A stretch of 64,000 bases of DNA from Candidatus Micrarchaeota archaeon. Lineage in GTDB: Archaea; Micrarchaeota; Micrarchaeia; Norongarragalinales; SBBD01. Position 1 is the stretch's first letter, and every line of letters starts with the position of its first letter. Both the position numbers and the translations under genes were made by a program. Below are positions 19,433 to 29,415 of the stretch, piece by piece. The notes under the pieces were generated by a model. That model searched no databases. It saw only the letters and a program-made list of their open reading frames with translations, and had not been told where the DNA came from. Location of the stretch: NCBI GenBank assembly GCA_043806595.1, contig JAZDGU010000004.1, positions 1-64,000 on the forward strand, given 5' to 3'.

Positions 19433-19684
19433 TTAAATCGTTGCCGGGGGGTCTTCGGGAGGCTTGAATCCGGGTTCGGGCCCGAGGCCCTCAAGCTCGC
19501 TCGCGATGGCCGAGCGGGCGAACCCCTGCGATTCGCGCTCGCGGCGCGCCTCAAGCGCATCGTCGCGCTCGGCCTCGCGCCTGCCCTTCATGCGGTAGAA
19601 CACGAGGACAAACGCGCCGACGACCAGGAGCAATACGGCCACCAGCCCGAGGACTGCGAGAAGCCGCGCGCCGAATTCGTCCAT
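19433..19684 (-). CDS. Small single-TM membrane protein
   Basis: N-terminal TM helix followed by a charged tail; co-oriented between neighbours. Confidence 0.65.
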   Translation of the reverse strand: MDEFGARLLAVLGLVAVLLLVVGAFVLVFYRMKGRREAERDDALEARRERESQGFARSAIASELEGLGPEPGFKPPEDPPATI

Positions 19685-19689
19685 GAGCG

Positions 19690-20031
19690 CTATTTCCGCC
19701 TCTCCTTCTCTAGGACAACGGCAGTGCCGTAGGCGTAGATGTCAATCGTCGCCGGGAGGATCTGCGTGGAGTTCATCTGGACGCCGAGAACCGCATTCGC
19801 GCCGAGGAGCCTTGCCTGCTCAGCGAGGCCGTGCACGATGTCCTTGCGCGCCTCGTTCATCATGTGCCGGTACGCGTGCGACTCGCCGCCGGCGAGCGAT
19901 TTCGTGACGGCTATGAGGTCGTGAGCGAAGCTCCTGCTTCTCGCCGTAGAGGTCCACACGAGGCCCTTGTGCTCGCTGACGCAGTAGCGCGGAACCTGGT
20001 GCAGCGTCGAAATGATTACCTTCTCTGGCAA
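19690..20031 (-). CDS. YbjQ/UPF0145 family protein
   Basis: GLVW, KSLAGGE..AY..MM.EAR, LGANAVLG and YAYGTAV motifs. Confidence 0.9.
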   Translation of the reverse strand: MPEKVIISTLHQVPRYCVSEHKGLVWTSTARSRSFAHDLIAVTKSLAGGESHAYRHMMNEARKDIVHGLAEQARLLGANAVLGVQMNSTQILPATIDIYAYGTAVVLEKERRK

Positions 20032-20037
20032 GATTCC

Positions 20038-21426
20038 TCACCTTCTCAGGAAGCCCTCGGCGCGCAGGACGTATGCGCAGAGGCCTTCCGACAAACCCTT
20101 GTTTCTCCCGGCCGCCTTTAATATGCTTCCCCCGGAGAGGATGCGCGCCTTGGAAAACGGCTTGAGGAAGTGGGACGCGACGCCGAGGCTGCGCCCGCGG
20201 GCGCGCGCTCCGGCGAGGAACGACTCGGCGGAACCGCCGGAGGCCTCCTCGACGAATACCCTCCCGCCCTCGACGTACGGCCCGCGCAGCACGCGGCCGT
20301 GGCTGGCGAGGAACTTCGAGACGTCCTTCTCCAGTGTCACCGGCGGGCCCGCGCGCCGCTTCAGCTTGGGCGCGGATGCGGATTCGAGCTCGAAGACGAG
20401 CGCGCACTCTGACCCCGTGCAGAACGAATGCGAGCCGAACACGCGGAAGCCCTCGAGCGCGAGGTGCCGCTCGAGCGAGCGCTGGGTGTGGCGCAGCTGG
20501 GGAACGAGGATGTCGGACACGATCCCCTTCGGCGAGGGCATGACCATGACGACCATGTGCATGCGCCGGACAAGCGTCTTGGAGAGCAGCGCGCTGCTGC
20601 ATGGAAGCCTCTTGGGGAAAAGCAGCTGCAGGGAAGGCCTTGCGAGGAACTCACGAGCCAGCAGGATGAGACGCGAGAAGTTGGTCTCGCTGATTGCCGC
20701 TGCGGCATTGCGGTTGCAGTCGACGAAGTCCACGAGCACTAGGTGGTGCTGGAACTTCGCGCGCAAGGCGTCCTCCTCACCGTCGTAGGCGCCCTCGATG
20801 TCGAGAATCACCGGCGGAACCCATTTCGCGGCGCTCTGGAGGAGGCCGTGGAGCGAGCGGTAGTTGAGCACGAGATATTCGCAGACGAGGCCCGAGAAGC
20901 CCTCGACCTCGGCCTCGGCGCCATAAATCCCGTGCGACTTGAGCAGCTGCTTCAACAGACGCACGTCGCGCTTCTGTCTAGAGGAAAGGTGCTTCTGCAG
21001 GTAGAGCGCGTGCAGCGGCGTGCGGTCAACTGCGGAGGCGAGCGCCTCGTTCTCGACTATGCGGTAGCACGGGATGACCTCGACCTTGAAGCCCCGCACC
21101 ACCGCCTGCAGGTACGGGTGCTCAGCGTAATGCATCTCCCAGTCGGGGTGCACGGCGAGTGCCGCTCTCCGGGTTAGCTCGACTATCTCGTCGCGGCTGC
21201 GCTCCTTGGAGAAGGAAATGAACAAGTCTATGTCGCGGTCGCCGGCGATTCCCGTGTCGCGGGCGGCGCTGCCGACGAAATTGACCTCCGCATCCTTCGG
21301 GAGCCTGCTCGCGAGCCGCTTTGAGGCCTGCGAGGCGAACCTCTTCTCGGCCTTCAGCTCGGCTGCCGAGGGCGTGATGCGCCTGCTCGCCGCGGCGAAG
21401 ACCTTCTCGCACTCCTTCTCCCCCAT
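20038..21426 (-). CDS. cca: Archaeal class I CCA tRNA nucleotidyltransferase
   Basis: VGSAARDT..DRDIDLF, YAEHPY, SAVDRTPLH, YGAE..GFSG and RNAAAA motifs. Confidence 0.95.
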   Translation of the reverse strand: MGEKECEKVFAAASRRITPSAAELKAEKRFASQASKRLASRLPKDAEVNFVGSAARDTGIAGDRDIDLFISFSKERSRDEIVELTRRAALAVHPDWEMHYAEHPYLQAVVRGFKVEVIPCYRIVENEALASAVDRTPLHALYLQKHLSSRQKRDVRLLKQLLKSHGIYGAEAEVEGFSGLVCEYLVLNYRSLHGLLQSAAKWVPPVILDIEGAYDGEEDALRAKFQHHLVLVDFVDCNRNAAAAISETNFSRLILLAREFLARPSLQLLFPKRLPCSSALLSKTLVRRMHMVVMVMPSPKGIVSDILVPQLRHTQRSLERHLALEGFRVFGSHSFCTGSECALVFELESASAPKLKRRAGPPVTLEKDVSKFLASHGRVLRGPYVEGGRVFVEEASGGSAESFLAGARARGRSLGVASHFLKPFSKARILSGGSILKAAGRNKGLSEGLCAYVLRAEGFLRR

Positions 21427-21531
21427 GACGGGAATAACCGCGCCGGCGTTTAAAATGGTTTGTCGGAGGAGGCCCGGGGGAAAGTTAATAAATGCCGGAA
21501 AATACGGTAGAGATTACAAAATGGTGATCGC

Positions 21532-22887
21532 ATGAAAGCCCCCGCGTTGCTTCTGCTTGCCGTCATGGCCTCGTTCGCCACCGCGCTGCCCGACCTGGTT
21601 TCCAGCGTCTATGCTTCCAACTCGATGCCATACGTTGGCGACACCGTCACAGTCTTTACCACTACCAGCAACATCGGATCCGATTGGGCGTCGAGCTCGG
21701 TCACAAGCCTGTTCCACCGCTACGGGGGGGCGTTATTCAATGTCCCGCCGCTGGCCCCTGGCGCCAACATCACCAATACGTCCTCCTTTACGTGCAATGA
21801 GACCGGATTCTTCAACTTCTCCTCCTTCGCCGACTTCTATTTCAGCGTGTCGGAGTCCAACGAGAACAACAACTATAATACCTACTCGATTTTCTGCCAG
21901 CCGGCGCAGAACCAGACGCTGCCCGACCTGACGGCATCGATCGACTTTAGCAACCAAAACCCGAGGGTCGGCGACACCGTCACGGTCCACGTCAAGACGC
22001 AGAACATCGGCGACGGCGCGGCGGGCACCAGCTGGACGTACGCCTGGGACCCGACGGCGTACATCCCATACATGTTCTTCGTACCGGGGCTTGCGCCGGG
22101 ACAGGCCGCGGACAACAACTTCACGTTCACCTGCCCGTGGGCGGGCAACTTCGGGTTCAACGCCTCCGCCGACTTCAGGCACAATGTCGACGAGTCGAAC
22201 GAGGGCAACAACTACGCCTTCGCCAATCTCTACTGCGCGCCCATCGTCACCGTGACCCCGCCGCCGGGGCCGGTAATCACCAACGTGAGGGCGGAGAACG
22301 TCACCGCCGTCTCCGCGGCCATCAGGTGGTTCACCGACGTGCTCTCGGACAGCCGCGTGGAATACGGGCTCGCGAGCGGGCAATACGGGTTCGCCGCCGG
22401 CAACCCGAATTACGTGACGTACCACGTGGTGCCGCTCAACGGGCTTCGGCCGTTGACGAAGTACTTCTTCCGCGTGAGGAGCTGCAACCGGGGGGGCTGC
22501 ACTTACAGCCCGGAGTCCTCCTTCAAGACGAAGACGATGGCGGTGGAAATCGGGAAGAGCGACACGGGCTATGCCCTGCTCGCGCAGATGCTCAACACCA
22601 ACCTCAACACCGAGCTCAATGAGCTAAAAGGCGTCGACGCGTCCGAGGCCGCCAAGTACGAGCCTGCGGCGCGCAGCCTCAACGAGCTCGCGGCGGTCAA
22701 CCCTCCGGCCTCCATCGGCAGGCTGCAGCAGCTCCGCGCGATAATCGACGACGCGAGGAAGAAGGCGAGCGGCACGAGGACTGCGCTGCTTGCGGTCGCA
22801 CTCCTCGGCATCGCGGTGATTTCCACGTGGTACTTCTGGGGCAAGCGCAGGACAAGGATGAGGATGCACAAGAAGCGCCGGCGCTGA
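21532..22887 (+). CDS. Cell-surface protein: two CARDB (Ig-like) repeats, Fn3-like domain and C-terminal TM anchor
   Basis: Two LPDL...NIG...V.ESNE.NN repeats; SAAIRWFTD..SRVEYG..YHVVPL.GL.P.TKYFFRV Fn3 motif; signal peptide; TM plus basic tail. Confidence 0.88.
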   Translation: MKAPALLLLAVMASFATALPDLVSSVYASNSMPYVGDTVTVFTTTSNIGSDWASSSVTSLFHRYGGALFNVPPLAPGANITNTSSFTCNETGFFNFSSFADFYFSVSESNENNNYNTYSIFCQPAQNQTLPDLTASIDFSNQNPRVGDTVTVHVKTQNIGDGAAGTSWTYAWDPTAYIPYMFFVPGLAPGQAADNNFTFTCPWAGNFGFNASADFRHNVDESNEGNNYAFANLYCAPIVTVTPPPGPVITNVRAENVTAVSAAIRWFTDVLSDSRVEYGLASGQYGFAAGNPNYVTYHVVPLNGLRPLTKYFFRVRSCNRGGCTYSPESSFKTKTMAVEIGKSDTGYALLAQMLNTNLNTELNELKGVDASEAAKYEPAARSLNELAAVNPPASIGRLQQLRAIIDDARKKASGTRTALLAVALLGIAVISTWYFWGKRRTRMRMHKKRRR

Positions 22888-22911
22888 AATGAAGGCAGAA
22901 GCAACGCGGCC

Positions 22912-25026
22912 TTAGGCGGCATCCGTCTTTGATTGGCCGCTGCCGGCATCCTTGGCCGCGGCATTTCCGGAAGCCCCGCTGGAGTCCTTCTTCGCCCAGC
23001 CCGCCTTGCTCGGGCACGAGGGGAGCAGGCACATCTCGAACGGCTTGCGGCCCTTCCTCAGCACCTTCACCTGGGGAGTGCCGCACTGCGGGCACTGCGT
23101 CCCCTTGGGAAGGATTTTTGCCATGCGCGGCAGGGGGAAGGTGTTCCTGCACGCGGGGTACTTGTTGCACGCCGCGAAGAAGCCGAACTTGGACTTCTTG
23201 ATGACTATCTTGCCCTCCTTGCAGATGTTGCAAGAGCCGAGCACGTCCTCCTGGCGCTGGAACGTGTGGAGGCCAGAGGCGAGCGCCTTGCCGACGGTCT
23301 CCTCCTTGAGCTTGAAGCTCTTGAGGATCTTCGCGAGCGCCTCGCGGCCCTCGTCGACCACCTGCTTCCCGCCGTACTTGCCTTCCTGTATTGCGTCCAT
23401 CTCCTCCTCGAACTGGCGAGTGAGCTGCTCGTCCATTATCTCCGGCACGTTCTTCTTCAGCGCGTCGAAGACGGACATGCCGAACGCAGTAACCTTGATG
23501 CTCTTCTTGTCCGAGAGGTAGCTGCGGCTGTAGAGGGTGTCGATGACGGCGGAGCGCGTGCTCTTCGTGCCGAGGTTCTGGCGCTCGAGCTCCTTGACTA
23601 TGCTAGCCGGGGTGAACCGCTTCGGGGGCTGGGTCTGCTTCTCGCGCCTCTCGACCTTCTGCACGGCGGGCCTCTCGCCCTGCGCGAACGGCGGCAGCTG
23701 CACCTCCTCGAGGTGGACGTACGGCTGGTAGAACGCGAACCAGCCGCGCTCGATGGTGCGCGTGCCTTCGGCAAGGAAGCCGTGCTTTACGGCGAGCAGC
23801 ATGCGAACCTTCATGCTCTCGCGCAGCGCGTCCTCGGCGAAGCACGAGAGGAACCTGCGGACGATGAGGTCGTAGAGCTTGGACTCCTCCGCGCCGGGCT
23901 TGCCGGGCTTCTGGCCCGTGGGGTATATGGCGACGTGCGCGCTGTCCTCCTTGCTGCCCTCCTTTGGCTTGAAGCGGCGCTTGAGGACGAGCTCGCCGGC
24001 AAGCGCGGAATACTGCGGGTTCTCGCCGATCTGCCGGATGACCTTCGCCAGGTTGAGCTTCTCGGGCAGTTTCTGCGAGGAAGTGCGGGGGTAGCTGATG
24101 AGCGCCTGCTCGTACAGGTTCTGCGAGATCTCGAGGGTCCTGGAGGGCGAGAAGCCGAAGTTCTTATATGCCTCGACCTGCAGCGTGGTGAGGTCGAACG
24201 GGTGCCCCGGCGGCTGGTGGAACTGCCTGACGTTGACTGAATCAATCTCCCCGGTCTTGCACGCCTTGCACTCCTCGAACACGCGCCCTGCCTCCTCACC
24301 GTCGAAGAACCTCTCCGCCTCGTGCAGGAACTCCACGCCCTTCGAGAACGCGGCAATCTGCCAATAAGTCTTCGGGAGAAACGCCGCAATCTCCTTCTCG
24401 CGCTTGGCGAGGATCGCGAGCGCGGGGCCCTGCACGCGGCCGATGCTCATGACCTTGTACCTTCCGGCTGCCCGGAGGGACTGCATGAGGGCGCGGCTTG
24501 CGTTGATTCCCCAGAACCAGTCCATCATGTGCCTGGCCTCGCCTGCATCTATGGAGGGCTGGTCCAGCTGGCCGCGGTTGTCGTACGCGTCCTGCAGCTC
24601 GTCTTCGGTGAGCGACGAGAAGAGCATGCGCTTGGCCGGCTTGCCCTTGGCCGCGAAGCGCATGATGTTTCCGCCGATGACCGACCCCTCGACATCAAAA
24701 TCGCACGCGTTCACCACCTCGTCCGCGGATTTCGCGAGCTTCTTGATGGCGTCGAGGTATTTCTTGGTGAAGGCGCTGCCCTTGTCCTGCGCGCTGCTCT
24801 CCACCCACTCGATGTCGAACACGGGGTAGCTGGAGGTCCTCTTCTTCTCGGCGAGCGTGTAGACGTGGCCGACGGCGGGCGCGACGAGCACAGTGTTGCC
24901 GCCGCGCTCGAGCTCGAAATACGACACGCCTTGGGCGGCCGGCTTGCGCTTTGCGGACTTGGAGAGGGCGGCGGCTAGCTTTTCCGCGACGCGCGGCTTC
25001 TCCGTGATTACCAGAATCGTTGCCAT
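22912..25026 (-). CDS. topA: DNA topoisomerase IA with C-terminal zinc ribbons
   Basis: ITEKP, GHVY, ACDFDVEG, SIGRVQGP, ISYPRT (catalytic Tyr), LGTKSTR and C4 ribbons. Confidence 0.96.
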   Translation of the reverse strand: MATILVITEKPRVAEKLAAALSKSAKRKPAAQGVSYFELERGGNTVLVAPAVGHVYTLAEKKRTSSYPVFDIEWVESSAQDKGSAFTKKYLDAIKKLAKSADEVVNACDFDVEGSVIGGNIMRFAAKGKPAKRMLFSSLTEDELQDAYDNRGQLDQPSIDAGEARHMMDWFWGINASRALMQSLRAAGRYKVMSIGRVQGPALAILAKREKEIAAFLPKTYWQIAAFSKGVEFLHEAERFFDGEEAGRVFEECKACKTGEIDSVNVRQFHQPPGHPFDLTTLQVEAYKNFGFSPSRTLEISQNLYEQALISYPRTSSQKLPEKLNLAKVIRQIGENPQYSALAGELVLKRRFKPKEGSKEDSAHVAIYPTGQKPGKPGAEESKLYDLIVRRFLSCFAEDALRESMKVRMLLAVKHGFLAEGTRTIERGWFAFYQPYVHLEEVQLPPFAQGERPAVQKVERREKQTQPPKRFTPASIVKELERQNLGTKSTRSAVIDTLYSRSYLSDKKSIKVTAFGMSVFDALKKNVPEIMDEQLTRQFEEEMDAIQEGKYGGKQVVDEGREALAKILKSFKLKEETVGKALASGLHTFQRQEDVLGSCNICKEGKIVIKKSKFGFFAACNKYPACRNTFPLPRMAKILPKGTQCPQCGTPQVKVLRKGRKPFEMCLLPSCPSKAGWAKKDSSGASGNAAAKDAGSGQSKTDAA

Positions 25027-25113
25027 GGCCGCTCAGAGGGTTACAAGTGCTGGCCTGCCGGTATATAAACCATGCTGCCGCTCGGCTGGGGAAAACGCGG
25101 ACGCGGGGGGGGC

Positions 25114-25842
25114 TCAGCGGAGGAGCGCGTATTTGCTGAGGAAGACCTGCGTCTTCAAGACCTCGAGGAACGGCAGCAGCACGACGGCGTTGACGAGCAC
25201 CGCGAAATAGCGCGCCTGCCTGAAGCCCGGGAACTGCAGCGACACGTAGGACACGACAAGGAGGAGCACGGCGGACACCGCGATGAAGAAGACCACGTAC
25301 GGGAGCTTGTAGTAGAGCATCGAGAGGCTGCGCTTGATGCTCGCGCCGATGCTCAGGTCCTCGAGCACCATCGCCTGCGGCACGAACAGCATGCCAAGCG
25401 CGAGCGCCAGCGACACCGCCATGCCGAGAGAGCCGGCCAGCCCGGCGTCGTAGAGCAGCAGGTTCGCGACGAGGGAAACCACGAACACGAACAGGAAGAC
25501 CGTGAAGAGCGAGAGCGTGTGCGCCTCGATCTTCTCCTGCTCGTAGTGAGAGAGCTTGAGGAGAGTGCGCTGGCTCTTGATGACCATGTTGATGCCGACG
25601 AGCGCGAACGAGAAGAGCAGGAGGGAGACGAGGTAGGCGGCGATCGTGGCCGCGGCGTCTAGCACGGAGAGGTCGGAGCGGATGCTGCCGTAGCGCAGGA
25701 ATATGCCGCCGAGCGCGACGAAGTTAGGCAGGAGCACGGAAAGCGGGAAGACGAGCGCGAAGGGGAAGGCGAAGAAGGAGAGCATCTTGAGGTTGTGCCA
25801 ATAGGACCTCGCGGACACCTCCAGCAGGCCGGCAAACGACAT
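25114..25842 (-). CDS. Multi-pass membrane protein
   Basis: About six TM helices, FVPQAMVLED..SIKRS motif; start at ATG 25842 (MSFAGLL). Confidence 0.75.
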   Translation of the reverse strand: MSFAGLLEVSARSYWHNLKMLSFFAFPFALVFPLSVLLPNFVALGGIFLRYGSIRSDLSVLDAAATIAAYLVSLLLFSFALVGINMVIKSQRTLLKLSHYEQEKIEAHTLSLFTVFLFVFVVSLVANLLLYDAGLAGSLGMAVSLALALGMLFVPQAMVLEDLSIGASIKRSLSMLYYKLPYVVFFIAVSAVLLLVVSYVSLQFPGFRQARYFAVLVNAVVLLPFLEVLKTQVFLSKYALLR

Positions 25843-25939
25843 TTGGTAACCCCCCCTGAAGGGTTTCTGCGCGCCGCGCTTAAAAATATTGTGATTCACT
25901 GCGGAAAAGGTAAAAAGCCCTCCGGCGCCAAACAAGGGC

Positions 25940-26509
25940 ATGAGGCTCGTAATCACCGGCACGCCGGCTACTGGAAAGACTACGCTCGCCAAGGCCATTG
26001 CGGACAAGGCCGGCGCGGAGCTCGTCAAAATCAACGAGTTCGTCAAACGGAACGGTCTCGGCAAAAAGGTGCAGGGCGGCGAGACTGAAGTCGAGCCCGC
26101 GGTCCTCGAGAAGGCGCTCAACCGCGAGCTGGAAGGAAAGCGCTCTTATGTCGTGGAAGGGCATCTGGCATGCGAGTGCAGGCTGCGCGCGGATGCGGTC
26201 GTGGTTTTGCGCTGCGACCCCGCGAAGCTTCGCCTGCGGTATCGGAAGCGGGGCTACGCGGCGGCGAAGGCCAAGGACAACCTTCTTGCGGAGGCGCTCG
26301 ACTACTGCCTCGTGCGCGCCGAGACCATTTACGGCAGGAGTATGGTGCTCCAGCTGGACGCGACGCGGAAAAGGACCGCGGAAGGGGTGCTCGCCGCGCT
26401 CGCGAAGTGGAAGCCGGAGAAGGTCGACTGGGCGAAGGACATGCTTCCCGGAGGCAGGCTCTCGTTCCTGCTTCGAGAGAAAGGGTTTAAAAAGGGGGGA
26501 GGGGAATAA
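25940..26509 (+). CDS. Archaeal adenylate kinase-like protein (AK6/Fap7 family)
   Basis: ITGTPATGKTT, VVEGHL, VVVLRC and RGY...K..DN..AE motifs. Confidence 0.88.
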   Translation: MRLVITGTPATGKTTLAKAIADKAGAELVKINEFVKRNGLGKKVQGGETEVEPAVLEKALNRELEGKRSYVVEGHLACECRLRADAVVVLRCDPAKLRLRYRKRGYAAAKAKDNLLAEALDYCLVRAETIYGRSMVLQLDATRKRTAEGVLAALAKWKPEKVDWAKDMLPGGRLSFLLREKGFKKGGGE

Positions 26510-26536
26510 CAGCAGGGTTTTACGGAGGTGAATCTG

Positions 26537-26656
26537 ATGCCGAAGGGCAAAAAGAAGCCGAAAGACGACGACGCTTTCGACGAAGACGAGGACGAGGACT
26601 GGGAAGAGGACGAGGACTGGGAGGAAGACGAGGACCTCGACGAGGACGAGGAATAG
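26537..26656 (+). CDS. Highly acidic microprotein (39 aa)
   Basis: Manual translation MPKGKKKPKDDDAFDEDEDEDWEEDEDWEEDEDLDEDEE; strong GGAGGTGA SD. Confidence 0.7.
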   Translation: MPKGKKKPKDDDAFDEDEDEDWEEDEDWEEDEDLDEDEE

Positions 26657-26759
26657 CTTTCCCCCAAGCCCCCTTAGCCTTTCCCACGGGAATCCGCAAT
26701 TCCAAGGCAGGAGAGCGCAAGCCATGCTTAAAAAAACAGCGGGCGCTAATGCCAAAAGC

Positions 26760-27266
26760 ATGCAAACCCGCCGCGTGACCCCACAGCTGCGCCGCAGGCT
26801 CAAGAGGCCTTTCGGCAAGGTATACCCCGGAAAGACCGCAGCCGCGGCGCTCCATGGCAGGAAGGTGGTCGTGGCAGTCGGTGACATCGCCACCGAGGCG
26901 CTCCTCGAAAAAGGGATGGCCCCGACGGTCGCGGTCGTTGACTTCAAGTGCAGGAGGAGGGACGTAGCATTGCATACCGCTAGGAGAATCGCCGCGTTCA
27001 AGGCGAGGGAATTCACCGTCGATAACCCTCCCGGCGGCATCTCCTCGGCGCTAAACTCGGCGATAGCGCGCATTTTCTCGGAAAGGCTGTTTCCGGCTAA
27101 GGTGCTCGTGCGCGGCGAGGAGGACCTCGCGGTGGTTCCGGCCGTGCTGTATGCACCGGAGGGCGCAGCGGTCTACTACGGCCAGCCGGGAAAGGGCGGG
27201 GTAATAGTCGAAGTCGACGCCAAGAGCAAGAGGAGGTTCAAGGCGATTTTCGCGGGCATGGAATAG
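26760..27266 (+). CDS. GTP-dependent dephospho-CoA kinase (DUF359 family)
   Basis: LKRPFG, AVGDIAT, VDFKCRR, NPPGGI, GEEDLA and YGQPGKG motifs; alternative start 26724. Confidence 0.9.
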   Translation: MQTRRVTPQLRRRLKRPFGKVYPGKTAAAALHGRKVVVAVGDIATEALLEKGMAPTVAVVDFKCRRRDVALHTARRIAAFKAREFTVDNPPGGISSALNSAIARIFSERLFPAKVLVRGEEDLAVVPAVLYAPEGAAVYYGQPGKGGVIVEVDAKSKRRFKAIFAGME

Positions 27267-28532
27267 ATGGAACTGCATTTCCTCGGGGGGGCAAGGGAGG
27301 TCGGCCGCAGCGCCGTGATGGCCGAGAGCGACGGCCTGCGCCTGCTGCTTGACTGCGGCGTGAAGACCGGCAGGCAGAACCAGTTCCCGTTGATGGAGAA
27401 GGCGAAGAGGCCGCACGCAGTCGCGCTGACGCACGCCCACCTCGACCACTCGGGGTACATACCCGCGCTTTTCCGGCACCAGGCGCTGCCCGTGGTCTGC
27501 ACGTTCCCCACGATTCCGCTCGTCGACCTGCTCCTCGAGGACACCATGAAGCTCGCGAGGGAGAACCGGCAGCGGGCCTACTTCTCGCGCGCGGACATGC
27601 GCAAGATGCAGAGGCACGCGGTCGCCGTGCCATACGAGCAGGACTACGCGTTCTATAACGGCGACCGGCTGAGGCTCTACGACGCCGGGCACATCCTCGG
27701 GAGCGCGCAGGCGCTCTTCCAGACGCGCTCCGGCAGCGTGCTCTACACCGGGGACTTCAACAAGGTGAAGACCGTGATGCACGAGCCGGCGAAGGTGCCA
27801 AAGGAGAAGGTCGACGTGCTCGTCACGGAGAGCACTTACGGGAACGAGGACCACCCCGACCGCGGGGAGCTCGTCAAGAGGTTCTGCAGGGAGGTGAAGG
27901 AAGCGCTCGACAACCGCATGGCCGTGCTCGTGCCGTGCTTTGCCGTCGGCCGCACGCAGGAGATGCTGCAGGTACTCTACGAGAACAAGCTCTCGGACCG
28001 GCTCTACCTCGACGGCATGGGCCGCCTGACCTCCGAGGTCGCGCTCGGCTTCCCGTCGTACATGCGCGACGCCAAGACGTACTCCGCCGCGCTCTCCAAG
28101 GCGAGGCTCGTTACGGACGCCATCGGCCGCAAGTCCGCGGCACGCGCGGGAAACATCATCGTAACCACAGCGGGCATGATGGAGGGCGGGCCAGTGCTGA
28201 ACTATCTGGAGCGCTTCGTCAAGACCGGCACGAAGGCCAAGGTGTTCCTCACGGGGTACCAGGTGCCGGGCACCAACGGCCGCCGGCTGCTCGAGGAAGG
28301 CAAAGTGTATTCCAACGGCCGCACGCTCGAATTCCGGGGGGAAGTCTCGTTCTACGACTTCAGCGCGCACAGCGGGAGGAAGGAGCTCATCTGGCACGCG
28401 AAGGACGTAAACCCCGGGAGGGTGCTCTGCATGCACGGCGACGCGGACAAGATCGGCGGGTTCGTATCCGCGCTGAGGGAGGAAGGCTTCGACGCGTACG
28501 CGCCCGAGCTCGGGGAGAGGATAACGGTGTGA
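27267..28532 (+). CDS. MBL-fold beta-CASP ribonuclease (aCPSF-like)
   Basis: LGGAREVGRS, THAHLDHSG, AGHILGS, YTGD, ESTYG, FAVGRTQE, FSAH and MHG motifs. Confidence 0.93.
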   Translation: MELHFLGGAREVGRSAVMAESDGLRLLLDCGVKTGRQNQFPLMEKAKRPHAVALTHAHLDHSGYIPALFRHQALPVVCTFPTIPLVDLLLEDTMKLARENRQRAYFSRADMRKMQRHAVAVPYEQDYAFYNGDRLRLYDAGHILGSAQALFQTRSGSVLYTGDFNKVKTVMHEPAKVPKEKVDVLVTESTYGNEDHPDRGELVKRFCREVKEALDNRMAVLVPCFAVGRTQEMLQVLYENKLSDRLYLDGMGRLTSEVALGFPSYMRDAKTYSAALSKARLVTDAIGRKSAARAGNIIVTTAGMMEGGPVLNYLERFVKTGTKAKVFLTGYQVPGTNGRRLLEEGKVYSNGRTLEFRGEVSFYDFSAHSGRKELIWHAKDVNPGRVLCMHGDADKIGGFVSALREEGFDAYAPELGERITV

Positions 28533-28536
28533 GAAA

Positions 28537-29175
28537 ATGGTTCTGAACCTTGCTCATGTCGCCATAAAGGGTTGGAAGGGAATGTGGAACGGCAGGAGGG
28601 AAGTCTCGGGCCATGTGGTGGTAAGGGGAGCGCATACCCTCTCCGTCATGACGTCAAAGTATCGCATCGCATTGAAAAATTGCGATTGCTTCAGCGTTGT
28701 GAGCTTTCCCCGACCAGAGCATTTCAGTGATTTAATAAATGCCAGCAGAGGAACACATGAAAATGGCCCGTCTTCGTACAATCCCGTGGCCGTCGGAACT
28801 GCACACTATGAAATCCGCGGTGGCTACGCGGAACTCGTGTACCTGATGGCGCATTACAAGCTGAAGCAGGATGCCCGCCGCCAGGGGCGAGCGGTTTTAT
28901 CCGAAAAACTGCACGCGCTCCACCACGGCTGGAGACTCCAGAACCTCGAGGCCGGCATCAGATGGGCTCTCGAGAATGTGGGAGACGTCAGGATTGACAA
29001 ATACTATCTTGATAATCGGGATCGGAAAAACGTGAGGGACAGTGTCTTCGCGGTATGCCGTAAGAAACGGTGGAAGCTTGAGGGGCCAACGGAAGAAAAT
29101 CCTTTGTATTATACGATAAGGAGGCCAGACGGCATGGCCGATACCCCAAAGGGTAAGAAATACGCGGTTTACTAA
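28537..29175 (+). CDS. Hypothetical protein (orphan, more AT-rich codons)
   Basis: 212-aa ORF starting 4 nt after the beta-CASP gene; no recognised family. Confidence 0.6.
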   Translation: MVLNLAHVAIKGWKGMWNGRREVSGHVVVRGAHTLSVMTSKYRIALKNCDCFSVVSFPRPEHFSDLINASRGTHENGPSSYNPVAVGTAHYEIRGGYAELVYLMAHYKLKQDARRQGRAVLSEKLHALHHGWRLQNLEAGIRWALENVGDVRIDKYYLDNRDRKNVRDSVFAVCRKKRWKLEGPTEENPLYYTIRRPDGMADTPKGKKYAVY

Positions 29176-29226
29176 CCGTTTCCTCCCCTCGGGGCAACCA
29201 TTAAAAACCTGCTTTCCCAAACAATT

Positions 29227-29346
29227 GGTGTCAGCGGTCATAGGCCGGGGGCAACACCCGTTCCCTTTTCGAACACGGAAGTAAAGCCCCGGTGCGATTC
29301 CGTCGGTACTGCCCTGCGGGTGGGAAAGCGGGATACCGCTGCGCTT
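29227..29346 (+). rRNA. rrf: 5S ribosomal RNA (stand-alone)
   Basis: Archaeal 5S signatures GCGGTCATAG, GCAACACCCG, TCGAACACGGAAGT.AAGCC, GTACTG and GGGAAA; terminal helix CAGCGG/CCGCTG; about 120 nt; ends approximate. Confidence 0.9.
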
Positions 29347-29415
29347 CAACAACCCCCAGCGCAGCTTGGGGAAGGGGGGAAAAGCCACCTCAAAGGCAAG
29401 GTATTTATATGTGCG

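Noticed and set aside
21580..22240. Duplicated DNA segments as a mobile or diversity-generating repeat
   Set aside because: They are two in-frame CARDB domains; no reverse transcriptase gene is in the window.
26575..26655. GAGGAC-type short repeats as a possible CRISPR array or VNTR
   Set aside because: No repeat-spacer structure; explained by Asp/Glu codons of the acidic microprotein.
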